The position numbers were made by a program, and so were the translations under genes. The notes beneath the pieces were generated by a model. It did not search any database and had not been told where the DNA came from. It saw only the letters and a list, made by a program, of their open reading frames with translations. This document shows, in pieces, positions 24,010-37,400 of a stretch of DNA of 64,000 nucleotides (position 1 is the stretch's first letter; each line of letters starts with the position of its first letter). Origin of the DNA: Narcine bancroftii (lineage: Eukaryota); contig NC_091473.1 of assembly GCF_036971445.1 (NCBI RefSeq), forward strand, positions 90,272,001 to 90,336,000. Direction: 5' to 3'.

Positions 24010-24390
24010 TGCAAGTAGAATGGTGGCCTTTTTTGCAAAGTGACCGGAGAACAAGAAAAAGCAAGTTTTGCTGTAACTTTCTGTTTTGAGGAAATCACAG
24101 CTAGACTATTGCATTTCATTACAATCTTCTCATTAAATTGATTCCTGGAATCATGAAGTTTCTCTAAAACAAAGATTGTGACCACCATCGGAAGAATAAG
24201 TGATGATTTAATTGATTTAACTGAAACTTGTATTCTGACTCGGTTTGTCAGAGCAGAAACCATGTTTCCCTTGTCAGGGGAATTGAGAAATGGAGGACTA
24301 AAACTCAGGATAGGGAATAAACCACTGAAGGCAGAAGTGAGAATAAATTTCTTCTCTTAGATGGTTATGAATCTTTGGAGTTCTTTACTG
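24010..24390 (+). mobile_element. Highly degraded CR1 3' ORF fragment
   Basis: DLIDLTETCIL..ETMFPLSGELRNGGLKLRI..EVRINFFS. Confidence 0.6.
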
Positions 24391-24399
24391 TTTAATGAT

Positions 24400-24960
24400 A
24401 ATGAATTTATTGACATCTACAATGTACATATGCATCAAAGTTATTTCTTGCTCCAGCTGAACTGGTACTTTGTAAACAAAACACAACTTCAAAACAACTA
24501 AAAAAGAACTACAAAAAGTATACAATTCAATTTAAAGGAGACACTAAATACAAAAAAAGATCATTAATAAATATTCAGTTTCCCAAGTGCAAAAGTGACT
24601 TAGCAATAGTAAAGACAGTCCTTTTCTGGTGTCAGAGCAGTCCCTGATTTGTGTAACAAGATGAGGTTCAGGAACTTGATTGTTGCTGGAAAGACACTGC
24701 TCTTGAACCTAGAGTTGCTGGACCTGGCTTCTGTTCCTTCTGCCGAAGGGAGAAAAGATTGTGACCAGGGTGATCAGGGTCCTTTATGATGTTGGCTGCC
24801 TTCTTGAGGCAGTGTTTCATATAGATGTATTCAATGGATGGAAGGTCAGAGCCTGTGATGTTCCTGGCTATGTTTGCCAAGCCCATCCTCTGTTGTTGAC
24901 CTGTTGTGACGATAGATTAATTGAAATGGGTCCAGGTCCTTCCTGAGATAGGAGATGATG
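24400..24960 (-). mobile_element. Rex1-like LINE 3' fragment
   Basis: ARNITGSDLPSIEYIYMKHCLKKAANIIKDPDHPGHNLFS. Confidence 0.75.
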
Positions 24961-25249
24961 CACTCCATTCTGAAAGTGTTAAATTATTAAGCATTGAAAA
25001 GAAGGAGACAAATACATTTATGTACTATTTGAAAATCAAGAGTTGTGGAGGTTGGGCAAAGAAACTGAGTTGAGACCAACGTTCAGATCAGCCATGATCT
25101 TATTCAGGATCAAGGGGCCATTGCCTTACCCCTGCCATTTCATGGATTGTGAATGCACAAAGCTGTGGAAAATCAATTTCAATATAATTGTGAAATCATC
25201 TGTATTGGAACTAAAACAGATACATTAGCTGGCACTCTCAATGAAGAAA

Positions 25250-25850
25250 GGCAAGAAAGAATGGAGAGTCAAAGAGACTCTGTGATTAAGATCTATAGAT
25301 CATTGAAATGTCTCAATAGGTACATAATATAATCTAAAATGCCAATGGAATGCTACCTTTTATATTCAGAGGATTGGCATGGAAGGAGATAGAAGTAATG
25401 GTACATCAATCAAAGGCCATGTTAGATCATAGATCGGCCAGTGTGTTCAGTTCTGAGTACTATCCCCTTGGAAGGAATCTAGAGTGATTACTGGACACTT
25501 GGGATTAAAGAACAGGGAGGGAGTTCAGCAATTTGTGTCAAATTTTTTTGAATTTAAACATTTAAGAATTGCTTTGATTGAAGTTTTCATGCTGTATACA
25601 GGAAATTAATAGATAGGTATTCAGGGACTTTGCCTGAATATCAGAGCCAAGTCTTTTAGGAATTAAAGCACTTCAAAAGATAGTGTTTATTTCACAGATG
25701 ACAGCTGTTTTTTTTATTATATGCTAGGTTATTGTTAAATGGGGATATTAAGGTCGTGTGTAGAGTAAAATTAAATTGTAGAATAGGTGTAATCTCATTG
25801 CATTCAGAATAGGCCATTGTCTTCTGCTACCATGAGACCACACTTGACCT
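25250..25850 (+). mobile_element. Highly degraded CR1 fragment
   Basis: Nucleotide similarity to CR1 (GCCAATGGAATGCTACCTTTTATATTCAGAGG; TGTGTTCAGTTCTG). Confidence 0.5.
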
Positions 25851-27169
25851 ACAAAGGGTGAAACACAAAGATTATCAAAGTAGTCTGGTGATTGGAGAAA
25901 ACTGTATAAATTGAAGAGCATGTTCCTCTCCATTTACATCTTCTCCAGTCAGATCATCTGGAATTAACAAGCTTTTAATGCCCTATTTAATGGCACTGCC
26001 ACCATTTATATAAATTTATCTTTGATACTGCGCTATCATAAGGCCTTCTCTGTTTTTTCACCCTTTTCCCATTTTCTGCAATTTCAACCATATTTGTTTT
26101 CTAACCTTGCTTGAAATGTTATTTCTGCTTCTCTTCCCACATATGATGCATGACCTGTTGAGTAGTCTCAGAATTTTCTGTCTTTATTCCTTAAACACAG
26201 GTTATTATAATTCAGCAAAAATCTTGCAACAGGAGAAATCTCATTTCTAACAATAGAATCATCTATGATTGTTTCAGTTTTTCCAGATCTGAATAAATTG
26301 CTCTGCCTTTAATTCTTTTGTAATTGGGAAGTAATTTGTAACTATAACAACAAGGTGTGCTGCAGCACCAGTTCAAATTAAAGATGTTGTCATGCAGTAT
26401 GCAGGAAGACAAGAAGATTTGATTTACATCACCTTGTGTACTTAAATCCCACTTTCACTTCCAGGCTAATCAAACGTTACACAAATGGGATCTTGCTGTC
26501 TGCTCCACTTTGTTAAGATATTGCCATGGGTAACAATATTCTTTCAAAAATTTGAAATAGGTACATAAAGAAAGAAATATAGGAAGTTTCCAATATTACA
26601 ACGAGTAATACTGAACACTGCTACCAGTTAATACTGTGCTGTTGATACAGGGCTTTTCAAGCAGTTATTCTCTTTAAACTGCGAATTGTACTCTATGTAA
26701 CAATTTATAAAAGGTATATAATTAAATTCAGTGCTCCAAAATATATATTGTAATGTTGTGTAATGACGGTTCTCCTATTTACTAGTAATCTATGGACGAT
26801 TAAAGTGTAATGATTGCATCATAGGTGTAATCGTTCAAAGAAACTGTCATCTGACATCAACCAACAGTCTAACCTGGTTACCATTTATATATATACAGAT
26901 AAATAAGATACAATTTTATTTTTGTGTATAAGTACATGATTGTATATAGTAATATATTTTTAAAAAGCTCTCTAAAATGAACCCAATGAAAATAATTATC
27001 TACCTAGAATTTAATTGACAATAAACTTCTCAAGATTTAGGATGTTGTTGAAATAACTAAATTAGACTTTTTCCTCTAATAATTCCCACCTCACCTATTA
27101 TTATTATTAATTGCTAACCCCTAATATGTAGCCCCAGCCTTGAATTGCTTGCTTATTTACATATAAACC

Positions 27170-28179
27170 AACTACTCTTTGCAGACGATGCCGCTTTAGT
27201 TGCCCATTCAGAGCCAGCTCTTCAGCGCTTGACGTCCTGCTTTGCGGAAACTGCCAAAATGTTTGGCCTGGAAGTCAGCCTGAAGAAAACTGAGGTCCTC
27301 CATCAGCCAGCTCCCCACCATGATTACCAGCCCCCCCACATCTCCATCGGGCACACAAAACTCAAAACGGTCAACCAGTTTACCTATCTCGGCTGCACCA
27401 TTTCATCAGATGCAAGGATCGACAATGAGATAGACAACAGACTCGCCAAGGCAAATAGCGCCTTTGGAAGACTACACAAAAGAGTCTGGAAAAACAACCA
27501 ACTGAAAAACCTCACAAAGATAAGCGTATACAGAGCCGTTGTCATACCCACACTCCTGTTCGGCTCCGAATCATGGGTCCTCTACCGGCACCACCTACGG
27601 CTCCTAGAACGCTTCCACCAGCGTTGTCTCCGCTCCATCCTCAACATCCATTGGAGCGCTTACATCCCTAACGTCGAAGTACTCGAGATGGCAGAGGTCG
27701 ACAGCATCGAGTCCACGCTGCTGAAGATCCAGCTGCGCTGGATGGGTCACGTCTCCAGAATGGAGGACCATCGCCTTCCCAAGATCGTGTTATATGGCGA
27801 GCTCTCCACTGGCCACCGTGACAGAGGTTCACCAAAGAAAAGGTACAAGGACTGCCTAAAGAAATCTCTTGGTGCCTGCCACATTGACCACCGCCAGTGG
27901 GCTGATATCGCCTCAAACCGTGCATCTTGGCGCCTCACAGTTTGGCGGGCAGCAACCTCCTTTGAAGAAGACCGCAGAGCCTACCTCACTGACAAAAGGC
28001 AAAGGAGGAAAAACCCAACACCCAACCCCAACCCACCAATTTTCCCCTGCAACCGCTGCAATCGTGTCTGCCTGTCCCGCATCGGACTTGTCAGCCACAA
28101 ACGAGCCTGCAGCTGACGTGGACTTTTTACCCCCTCCATAAATCTTCGTCCGCGAAGCCAAGCCAAAGAAAAAAAAAAG
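27170..28179 (+). mobile_element. Young RTE-BovB LINE 3' portion with uninterrupted ORF
   Basis: About 315 aa open from LLFADDAALVAHS to CNRCNRVCLSRIGLVSHKRACS*; CpGs retained; tail GCCAAGCCAAAGA(n). Confidence 0.96.
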
Positions 28180-28348
28180 ATATAACCATATAACCACTTA
28201 CAGCACAGAACAAGCCAGTTTGGCCCTACTAGTCCATGCCGTAGCAAATCCCCACCCTCCTAGTCCCACTGACCAGCACCCGGTCCATACCCCTCTAGTC
28301 CCCTCCCATCCATGTAACGATCCAGTCTTTCCTTAAATGTAACCAATG
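28180..28348 (-). mobile_element. Young CR1 3' end (same family as 17215-17805)
   Basis: ATATAACCATATAACCACTTACAGCACAGAAC.. nearly identical to 17220-17390. Confidence 0.9.
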
Positions 28349-29779
28349 TAAACATTTCAGCACTTTTTCTGAAACATGCATTGAATGTGGTAGAGAACTT
28401 CTCTCTTCACCTGCTGGCAATATTTGAACCAGGAAGTAAAACATCTTTCAGGTTTTTAATAAAATTTAAGTTTCTTCCTGTTCTCCTTTCATTTTTAAAA
28501 ATCTTCATATTTGCTCGAAAACTCTCAGTGGGGTCTGATTCCGTATCTGCTGATGGCCTGTGATAACATGCGCAAGTGCCACATTTTATATGTTAATCTA
28601 GCCATTGTGCAGATATTCCACGATGAGAGGAAAATAGATATAAATTGAACTTAATCCTGTCCTCACCAGATGTATGGACATACAACCTGTCAAGAAGAGG
28701 TCATTGCAGAGTGATTACTTTGATTACTTTCCTTCCTTAACCCAGTGATTTTATTTTCTATCCCAATGATACTAAAACCAGTAGCTTTGCCCCAGCTAAG
28801 ATTAGTCTTTTTAGTGGACTCTGAAAATCAGATTTTGAAAACTTCCTATTTATTATGACACTGTTCTGAGCTGTCAAGGAACATTATTCAAAAACAGTCT
28901 TAAACGGAAATAACAAACAGCCACAACCAAGAAAAAAGTACAAACTCAAATGGAAAAAATATGCAATATATTTGATTTACAAAAAAATGCTTATTTGAGC
29001 AGTTGCTTCAGGCCACTGTAATACAATAGTTAAAACTCAATAAATAATACACAAAATGAAAAGATGATAGTATGTAGAAGACATGAGTCAGAGTATAAAA
29101 ATGTCTATTTTTTTCCCTCTGAAAATGCTCTTTGTTGTAACAAAAAACAACATTTTTTGTGATTTTGCTCTTTTATATTACATCCCATCATTCCAAGGAT
29201 GTGGCTAATTAAGATTTGAATGATTCCCATTATTCCTGTGTTCTCTTCATAACATGCCAGATACAATCCAGAGATGGCCACAAACAGTCCTCAGTGTTAA
29301 GTAAAAAAGAAGGCTTTGGGACACATCTGTTTAAAGGGTTAATGTCATTCACACCCACTCAAGGTTGATTCATTGGACAATGAACCTTCTGTTGGCCATT
29401 CCGGAGCAGCTGGTTGAATTATAGAAGTTTGAATCCTTTGTAAGCAGAATTAGAAAAAGTCAGCCTTTGTGAATTTTTCTGACAAAATATTCGACAAAGT
29501 ACCTATTTGTAACTGTTAGGCTATCAGATTTTCAACTGGGCTGAAAAAGTTTGTTTAAGCTCATGTTTCTTTCAGGTTGATTATCTACAAGTATGAAAGA
29601 CTTTTTTAAAAAAGAAAAGCTGGCCCTTATTGATCATCGTTGACTTGAAATTCAGCAATTTAACTCACATGAATTTTAAATTTAATTTCTATATTGTAAT
29701 CTCAAGGAACGGTTTTGAGGGATATGGCCAAACACAAGCAAATGGAATTAGCATCTTGGTCAGCAAGGACAGGCCCTGA

Positions 29780-30275
29780 GCATGTCATCTACGGGAACTG
29801 CCCTGCCCAGGGCCACAAAAAACTGCAGAGAGTGATAAATGCAGCTTGCACCATTTTGAAATCTAACTTCCACATTATTAACTTGGCCTGTACTCTCTGC
29901 TGTCTCGGGAGGGCTGCTAAAATATTAAAAGGCTCATCCCTCCCTGGTCATTCCTTTTACTCCCTCTTTCCATTGAGCAGAAGAAACATTTGCTTGAGTA
30001 CATGAACCTTTAGATACAAGGACAATTTCTTTCCTAGTGTTAAGACTCTTGAATAGATCTCATCCTGGGAAAAGATGACACTCATGCACTGTCTTTCCTT
30101 ACTGTACTTTTCTCTATTCCCTGCACTATCTGACTACTATAATATTACTCCCAAAACTGCCGTCTTATTTATTTGTCTGTTTGCTATTCTTGGACATCTT
30201 GCTGTATGAGGATGCAAAACAAAGCATTTTACTGATTTTCAGTACACATGACAATAAAGCCATTCATTCATTCAT
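29780..30275 (+). mobile_element. Rex1-like LINE 3' fragment
   Basis: YGNCPAQGHKKLQRVINAA..CLGRAAKILKGSSLPGHSFYSLFP. Confidence 0.7.
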
Positions 30276-30284
30276 TTATTTAAA

Positions 30285-30870
30285 CTCCTTTCCCATTCCC
30301 ACACTAACCTGTCTGTCCTCAAACTTCTGTATTTTTATTGCGAGGCCAAAATCAAACCAGGAGAACACCTCGTATTCCTCCTGGGCATCCTGCAGCTCAA
30401 GGGCATGATCAATGAATTTTCCAGTTTCAGGCAACCCACTCCCCCTGTGCCCTTTCCCACTCCTACCAGTCCATCCATGTTCCTTCTCTATGTTTTCACC
30501 TGCTCACCTCCTCCCAAATGTTATCTAGACTCATCACCCTCCCCCACCTGGTACCATCTGCCAATCATCCACATACCTATGAAGCTGGGTTCCTTCTACC
30601 TTGGTTCACCTTTCCTATCATATCCCCCACCTGGATTCATCTGCTCATCATCCTTCCTTTATCAACTATCACCTACCAGCCTCTATCTCTTCCTGACCCC
30701 CTCATATCGTCCATCTGGCTCCAATGCCTTTTTTTATGTTTCCATCTATCAACTGCCCATCATGTCCCCCCCCTCCACCCCCCCCACCACCCCCACACAC
30801 ACATTGAAGCATTGACCATCAATCACTATCGGTAGCTGCTGAGTTCTTCCAGCAGTTTATTTTATTCTTT
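30285..30870 (+). mobile_element. Penelope-like element 3' fragment (GIY-YIG C-terminus and UTR)
   Basis: GAGGCCAAA..GGAGAACACCTCGTATTCCTCCTGGGCATCCTGCAGCTCAAGGGCATG = EAK..E.HLVF.LG.LQ.KGM..EFSSFR; pyrimidine-rich UTR; ends GCTGAGTTCTTCCAGCA. Confidence 0.7.
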
Positions 30871-31288
30871 ATAAAAAAGAATAGTTTGTCTTTACCATTT
30901 TTCAATTTCTGCTGGAATGCGTGCTGTGATTTCTTATGTAGTTAATTAGCTTGCTGATGCTCCCTGATTAAACTTTTATATGATGAATGGCCACTTGGGC
31001 TGTTAGCCATGAAAGAGTTGAGCAAAAATTCTCAGCACTAACTTTCTTCCTGGGCCCCAATTTAGACATTAAATCGGGAGGAGTTTGCAAAATGTCTTGG
31101 CTTTGTGTGGTTTTAAGGTGCACCAAAGAGATACTGAGCTGTCGTGCCGAGAGCCCCCTGCAAGCACCACTCAGAGGACATTCAGCAACCAGCATCAAGC
31201 CACCTGCTCAGCAAATTTTGTAACTTTAAAGTTGTTTGTTGACTTTTGCAGCTGCTCTGGGAATTTATCAGAGGCAGGTGAAAGAACC

Positions 31289-31333
31289 TCTGGTTTTACA
31301 TAAAACACCACTCATCTGGTTTTACATAAAACA
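31289..31333. repeat. 19-bp direct repeat x2, each with an internal quasi-palindrome
   Basis: TCTGGTTTTACATAAAACA at 31289-31307 and 31315-31333. Confidence 0.85.
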
Positions 31334-34300
31334 GCAATATCTTTTATAATTTGCCAACATCTAATTGAATTTGTTGTAAATTAAAATTTAGGAAGAAAGC
31401 AATAGTTATAGGTTTGTACAAATTCTTGTCTTAAGAGGATTAATTTTTGGAACTTTTCTCATAACTAGTTTTTAATAATTTCTATAGATCTTATGCAGTA
31501 AAAGTTTTTGAACATAAAATATAAAGTAATTGAACTTGAATTTCTCTATTTATCGCCTCCTACTGAAATGCTTCCTTCAGTGCAGGTCCAAGGGAGGTCT
31601 ACCTTTTGCACAAAAACACGAACTGGGTGTCAAATTGCACAAGCACCCTGAACAGACTGAATGACTACATGAGGAGGCATCACACCAGTCTGGAATTGTC
31701 AATAACCACATATGTTATTCAGGTACTTCATTGTATTTTGAGGAGTTAAGTAACAGGATTCTGTTCATACTCTGATCAAACTTTCTCTTCCCAAATGGTC
31801 ATGATCAAAATCAGATAAACTAGTCATCAATTTCTTGCTGTTTGTAGGACTTTACAAATGGCTGGTATATTGGGCACATTCTAACAGTGAGTGCAGTAGA
31901 AAGGACTTTAAAGCACTTTGTATTGTCTAAGGCTACTAAATATGGTTTGTAAATGAATTCATTCTTTATTGGTTTCTTTCTTACCTTCTTGTTTTCTTTC
32001 CTAAATCTTTCTCTTTTAACGATGAAGGAGATATACCTAACATAACATGGGCCTATCATTTCTCTTAATGAATGCATTTTTTTTTGTTTTTATTCAAAAC
32101 TAAGGGGAATTGTTGGAAGACCTTTTTTCCTTTGATAGATTTATCATGTTCTATACACATGATGCAACATCAATTATATGTCACACCATGGTGATGAAAA
32201 TGACACGGGGTTTATAAAGATACAATAAACATCTTGGATATTGGTGAGTTTATGAATGAAATCTGAACTAAGAGTGTACATTTTTTATATGTACAATATT
32301 GGACATTGAAGAATGATTTCAAATTAGAACCTAATCAAGAAATTTGGTGGTTAATAAACATTATGGACTTGGTGTAGAATAGTGGAATTATAATTGATGT
32401 TGCGATATTAATTTCAAAATTTTATATATTACCATTTCAACATTTAAAGTAAATTCTCTCCATTCAAATAAATTGAAATGGTAAGTTTTTAATTTATGAA
32501 CAATAAGAAATGAACTATTCCTGTATCTGAATTCTAAAGATTGCTCTTTCTGCATTTTGGTTACATTTCCATTCTCTATTACAAGCTATCAATTGGACTT
32601 TTTCCCTGTTTGTTCATTCGCACTCAATCCTGGATTGGGATGATGCAGATCCCTGTAAGACTCTTATTTCTCCCAGTGGATCTGCTATTTCTTTCATTGA
32701 TTATCAAGGTGGTGGCCAGTATTTATTAATGATCCTAACTCGGCCTGAATGGTTTGTTCGGCCATTTCAGTAGAAGTAAAAAAAAGTTTTTTCCTGAATT
32801 TCCTGATTGAGATCCCCAGACTGATTTAGTGGGATAAAAGTCAACACTCTCTTTATTATTACTTCATTTCATCGGAATACTAGTTATTCTATTAAACCTC
32901 ACTCTAACAATATCCCCTAAATTCAAGAGGATCTCTGAGGAAATAATCCTTCATCCTAAAATTAAAGTGCATTATCAAATTATTTGTATGTTCACTCATC
33001 TTAGTGCAGGTATCTAGTTCAGAGGAAAAGCATTTGTCAGTTTTACTGTAGCATTTTATAGGATAATGACACTGCATTTGCATTCTGTTACTAATGAATC
33101 AGGCTCGATTACTTTGGTTTTATGACTAGGGTTGTACTGAGTGTAACGTGATGATTTCAAACAGTTTTGAATTCATTCTTGATCTGAACAGGATGTATCA
33201 TGAGAAGTCTTGAGAAACATGCTCACCATGACTTTTCATCTAATTTTCTTTTCCAATTTTTCCCTGCCTTTCTAAATATAATCACATATGTTTTTGATTA
33301 CATATTTCAGGACCCAGTGTAAGTTACCATTTTCTGAATTAAGAGTGTAGATAATGAGTGTAGCAAGTTTATTTTATCATGTAGGATATTGGCACAAAGA
33401 TTAACTCTGTCCTTACCAAGAATCTATGCAGAAACATGCACTTACGCACACTCACATAGCCATCAACCAAGCAATAATAGGATAGTAATGGGCAGTGATC
33501 ATCTTGGACAATTTCAGTTTATTTCTAGTGCAAGAACATCAATGCAATGATGGCATCTGTATTTTTACCAGCAATGGCAGTACTGACCTTAAAATTGCAA
33601 TTTTTAACCTGCTTCAACCGATGAAGAAATCCATGTCGAAGTGACTTTCCGAGAGAGTTGGCAGTGATGACAAATAGTTCTATCTGACCCCAATGTTGCT
33701 TCAATAAGCCTAAGGTCGAAGGTAAAAAGTAACTGGAATGTAGATGGAATGACAAAGCAATTAAACACTTGCGAGTGTAGTTATGAACTTGGCCAGGAAG
33801 TGTGAGTGTTTAACATTATCCAGGAGACCTACAGTACTTCCAACAAGGTTTATCCATTGAAGGGGAAGAGGTAAAACAAAAGACGGATAAATAAATGCTT
33901 AGATTTGTTCCTTTTTGAAATAGATTATTTGATAAAAAAATTTCAGTGCAGACAGACATTTTATATTGTATCTCCAAGTAAACCATAAAGTTTTACAAGC
34001 ACAAATGGTCCATGATTACTGTGCTGCATCTAAATATGTCAAGTCTAATGGAGCTGTTGATCTTGATATGTGGTAAGTATTTGAAGATCTATAAACAAAT
34101 TAGTTAATGGGTAAGCAACATTACCTCTTGCCACTGCAGATGTTTTGTGCTGAGTCTCAGATGCATTTCAAAGAGATTTCATGATCTGTAATGTTGTTGT
34201 CATTAAACGTTTGGTGCTCTCTGCTGGGACAAGCAATAGGCAGCACACAGAGCCATGCAGACTGTAAGGGAATGATGAGAAAATGAGTTTGTTTGATTCT

Positions 34301-36799
34301 GTAAACTGTGATTAGTCTTACACTAAACAACTATACTTTCACAATACCTGACAGTAGTTTTTAATATACTGCAGTTATCTTTTCAATCAGAATTTAACAG
34401 TTTTAATTGTTCGTTTTCTCAAGCAGGAAGCCCAAATGGGATCAAACTTATGAGATTTCACTGTGCAAATGGGGGAAAGTACTTGGAGTACTGATTAAAT
34501 GTTATCTATCTGTTTTGGCATTGCGGTAAAAATTAAAAATGGTATCGCCTTTCCCAATACGTTCTATAATTTTTATTTATTTTTCATTAAGCCAGTGTCA
34601 CCTCAAGTCATTTATTTATACATTCTGTAGAAATCAGTCAATTTGATTACATACATTGCATCCTATTAAATTAACCAATATAGTTGATATGAAAAGATCA
34701 ACTTATTTTCTACAATCTCTTGTAATTGCCTTTATTTTTAATTTTTTTTGTGGTGGTTGAGGTTCTTTGACTGCCACACGAGGTGGAACATTCAATCCTC
34801 ACACATCAGTGAAGCTGTTGAGAATGGTGTGATGTGTTACCTGGATAAATAAATCTCCATTAAAGGGTTAAAGACCAAACACAGTGCAAATGACAAGATA
34901 TGCACTTGATAGACACTAGTTCATAGATCCCTGATGTCTCAAAATATTAGGTTTCTCTTCCAATAATGTTGAAGATATTGCTTACTGTCATGGTTAATTT
35001 CCACAGCGATGTGGGTTGATTGTAGGTGACGCGGTCACAGCACAGTGCCTGTGTTAGTTTCCACACCCCGTCAAGTCTACTACACATGCTGGCAAAAGGA
35101 AAAAGATCTGTGATACCAAACTTTGCAGTAGCTAATAGATTGTGACAAGAAAGAGGGAAACCTTTGTTTTAATTTGAAAAACAAGAAAAACCAAATAGCA
35201 AAATTTCAGTTTGTGCTTAACTTTGTGGAGTCAAGCGAAAAACATCAACTCCTCTTCCTTTTACTAATTCTTGGCTGCGATCAAGAGAAAGAGAAGATAT
35301 TTGCAGATGTGGAGGAAGACATGAAAAACATTTTTTGAATAGAAGGCCTGAATTATTTCTCTTGAGTTCACTAAGTTTCACAGGCATTTATACACACCCA
35401 TTGTCCAACCACAGAAACAAGTCTCTCTTTCTTCCCAGGGATGATAAACAAGCTAGCATTTCTCATAATCAAATCTATACATATTGGCCAGTCCATTTAT
35501 GACTGGGAGATTCTTTTGTACTGGGTATCCAACAATGGTAACATTGATTTTAGAATTGAAGAATTTTGGTGTGTTGAACAAACTGGTGGGGGGAGGGGGT
35601 AGAAACAAGGAAAATTGTCTGTGCTACAGGGACAACAGAGTGCTTACACAAACTTCTCTTTTCTCACCACTTTTTCATGGTCACAGAGTGACTTGATTCA
35701 TTCAAACAACGTTATTAAATGCAATCCATCAACCAATACTTTATAGAATACTCTTTGCTGACAAAAGTTATGTCATCTTCCGTTCAGTAAAATCTGGCGG
35801 AGATAATTCTCTCTGTTGTGTCTCGACAATCAAGGCCTTGTTTATGAAGTTGCATTTATGAAGTGAAAGTATTTTTTCGAGACTGATGGGACATTGATGT
35901 TCGGCTTGCCAAAGGCAGTGATCAGCCTAAAAAGTCACGACCTCCCCCATTTTGCCACATAGCAACTAATTGAAATGATACAAATTACTGCAATTCTTTG
36001 TATGCCAATTTAGCTGCTGGTTGTGGTCAAAGGTCAAATGGTTCCTATTCATGAGATACTGTTTGAAGTGGCTGGTGCCACAGTGAGCAGCTCAGAGTGG
36101 ACCCTCCAACTCCTCTGGACACTACCCCATGCAGGGGGAAGGAGTACAGTAAATGACAGTAGCACAATGGACTAGCAGACAACCTCTTATCATGCACATC
36201 AAAAGCCCCCTTCTTTGTCAGTTTGTGCTTGTCGCCAGTGCAGGACATGGTTTTCCAGATGGAGGATAAATGTTTAATTCAGCGGAACTCTTCAGGGGGA
36301 AAAAAGTCAGCCGTCTGACTTTTATCAAATGCTATACAAACTAGATGTTTTTAAAAAACTTTCAATGAGGTAAAATCAACAGACTGTATTTTCTTGCATT
36401 ATTTAGATTTAGCTTTTTATTAACCCTCTATTTTCTTTTATTCCTGAAGTAATTCTCTTGCGATCCACATGTGATTTGATGATTTATAAATTATATATTT
36501 TTGTGCTTTGCTCAAACACCCATTGTTTGCAAAATAATGTGCGCTATCCATCAATTTATTAAGCTATGCAGCAGTTATTACCAAATGGACATCAAGAAGG
36601 GGAAAGGACACTACTGGATATATTTTCTTCCAAGTCGAAGACACTGAGGCCTACTGCAGCTCTCTGATGTCCTTGTCCATGATTCGCAACATCAGTGAAC
36701 AAAACCTGTCTGGATGGTTCAGTGTAGTACCAGTGTTTCTCCGTTAAGCCATTCATTTAGATTTATATACTTCTTCAATACAGGAGAAATTATAGCTGT

Positions 36800-37400
36800 G
36801 CCATAAAAATAGAAAATGATGGAGATGCTCAGAAGATCAGGCAACATCTATTGACAAAGAAACAAGAGTTAATGTTTCAGATCAATGGTGGTTCTGCCTG
36901 TTGAGAGAAAGCATTGAAGGCCTATTAATCGCAACTGATTTGTCTGAAGAAGCTGGAAGAAGAAAGAGATAAATGGGAATAGTGGAGAGAGAAAATGTGC
37001 TGAAACAGTGAGATACAAAACACTGTTCTTGCTAGAAATCTGAAATATAATACTCAACAGACCAGGTGGCATTTTTGAAAAGATAAAAACTGAGTTGATA
37101 ACTTCTCATCAGACTAGACAGTTCTGATACAAGATAAAATTGCTGAATTTGATATTGAGTCTGAGGGTTTAACATGCTTTGTTGGAAAATGAGATTCCAT
37201 TCCTCAAGTTTACTTTGGGCCTCTAGAAACACTATGAGAGGCAAAGACACAGAGGGCAATATGGAATGGAATGGAGAATTAAAATAACATGCCACTGGAA
37301 ACTCAAGGTCACCCATTGCAGGCTGAATAAAGGTCTGCTGCGAAGCAGTAAACAAGTCTTTGTTTCCAACATTACACAACCTACCAGCAATCACATGGGA
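36800..37400 (-). mobile_element. Penelope-like element 3' fragment
   Basis: ORF 37032-37427 GDLEFPVACYFNSPFHS..EAQSKLEEWNLIF resembles the PLE GIY-YIG C-terminus; terminal repeat at 36805-36880. Confidence 0.7.

Noticed and set aside
30405-30835. Pro/Ser-rich ORFs
   Set aside because: They come from the low-complexity pyrimidine-rich UTR of a Penelope-like remnant.
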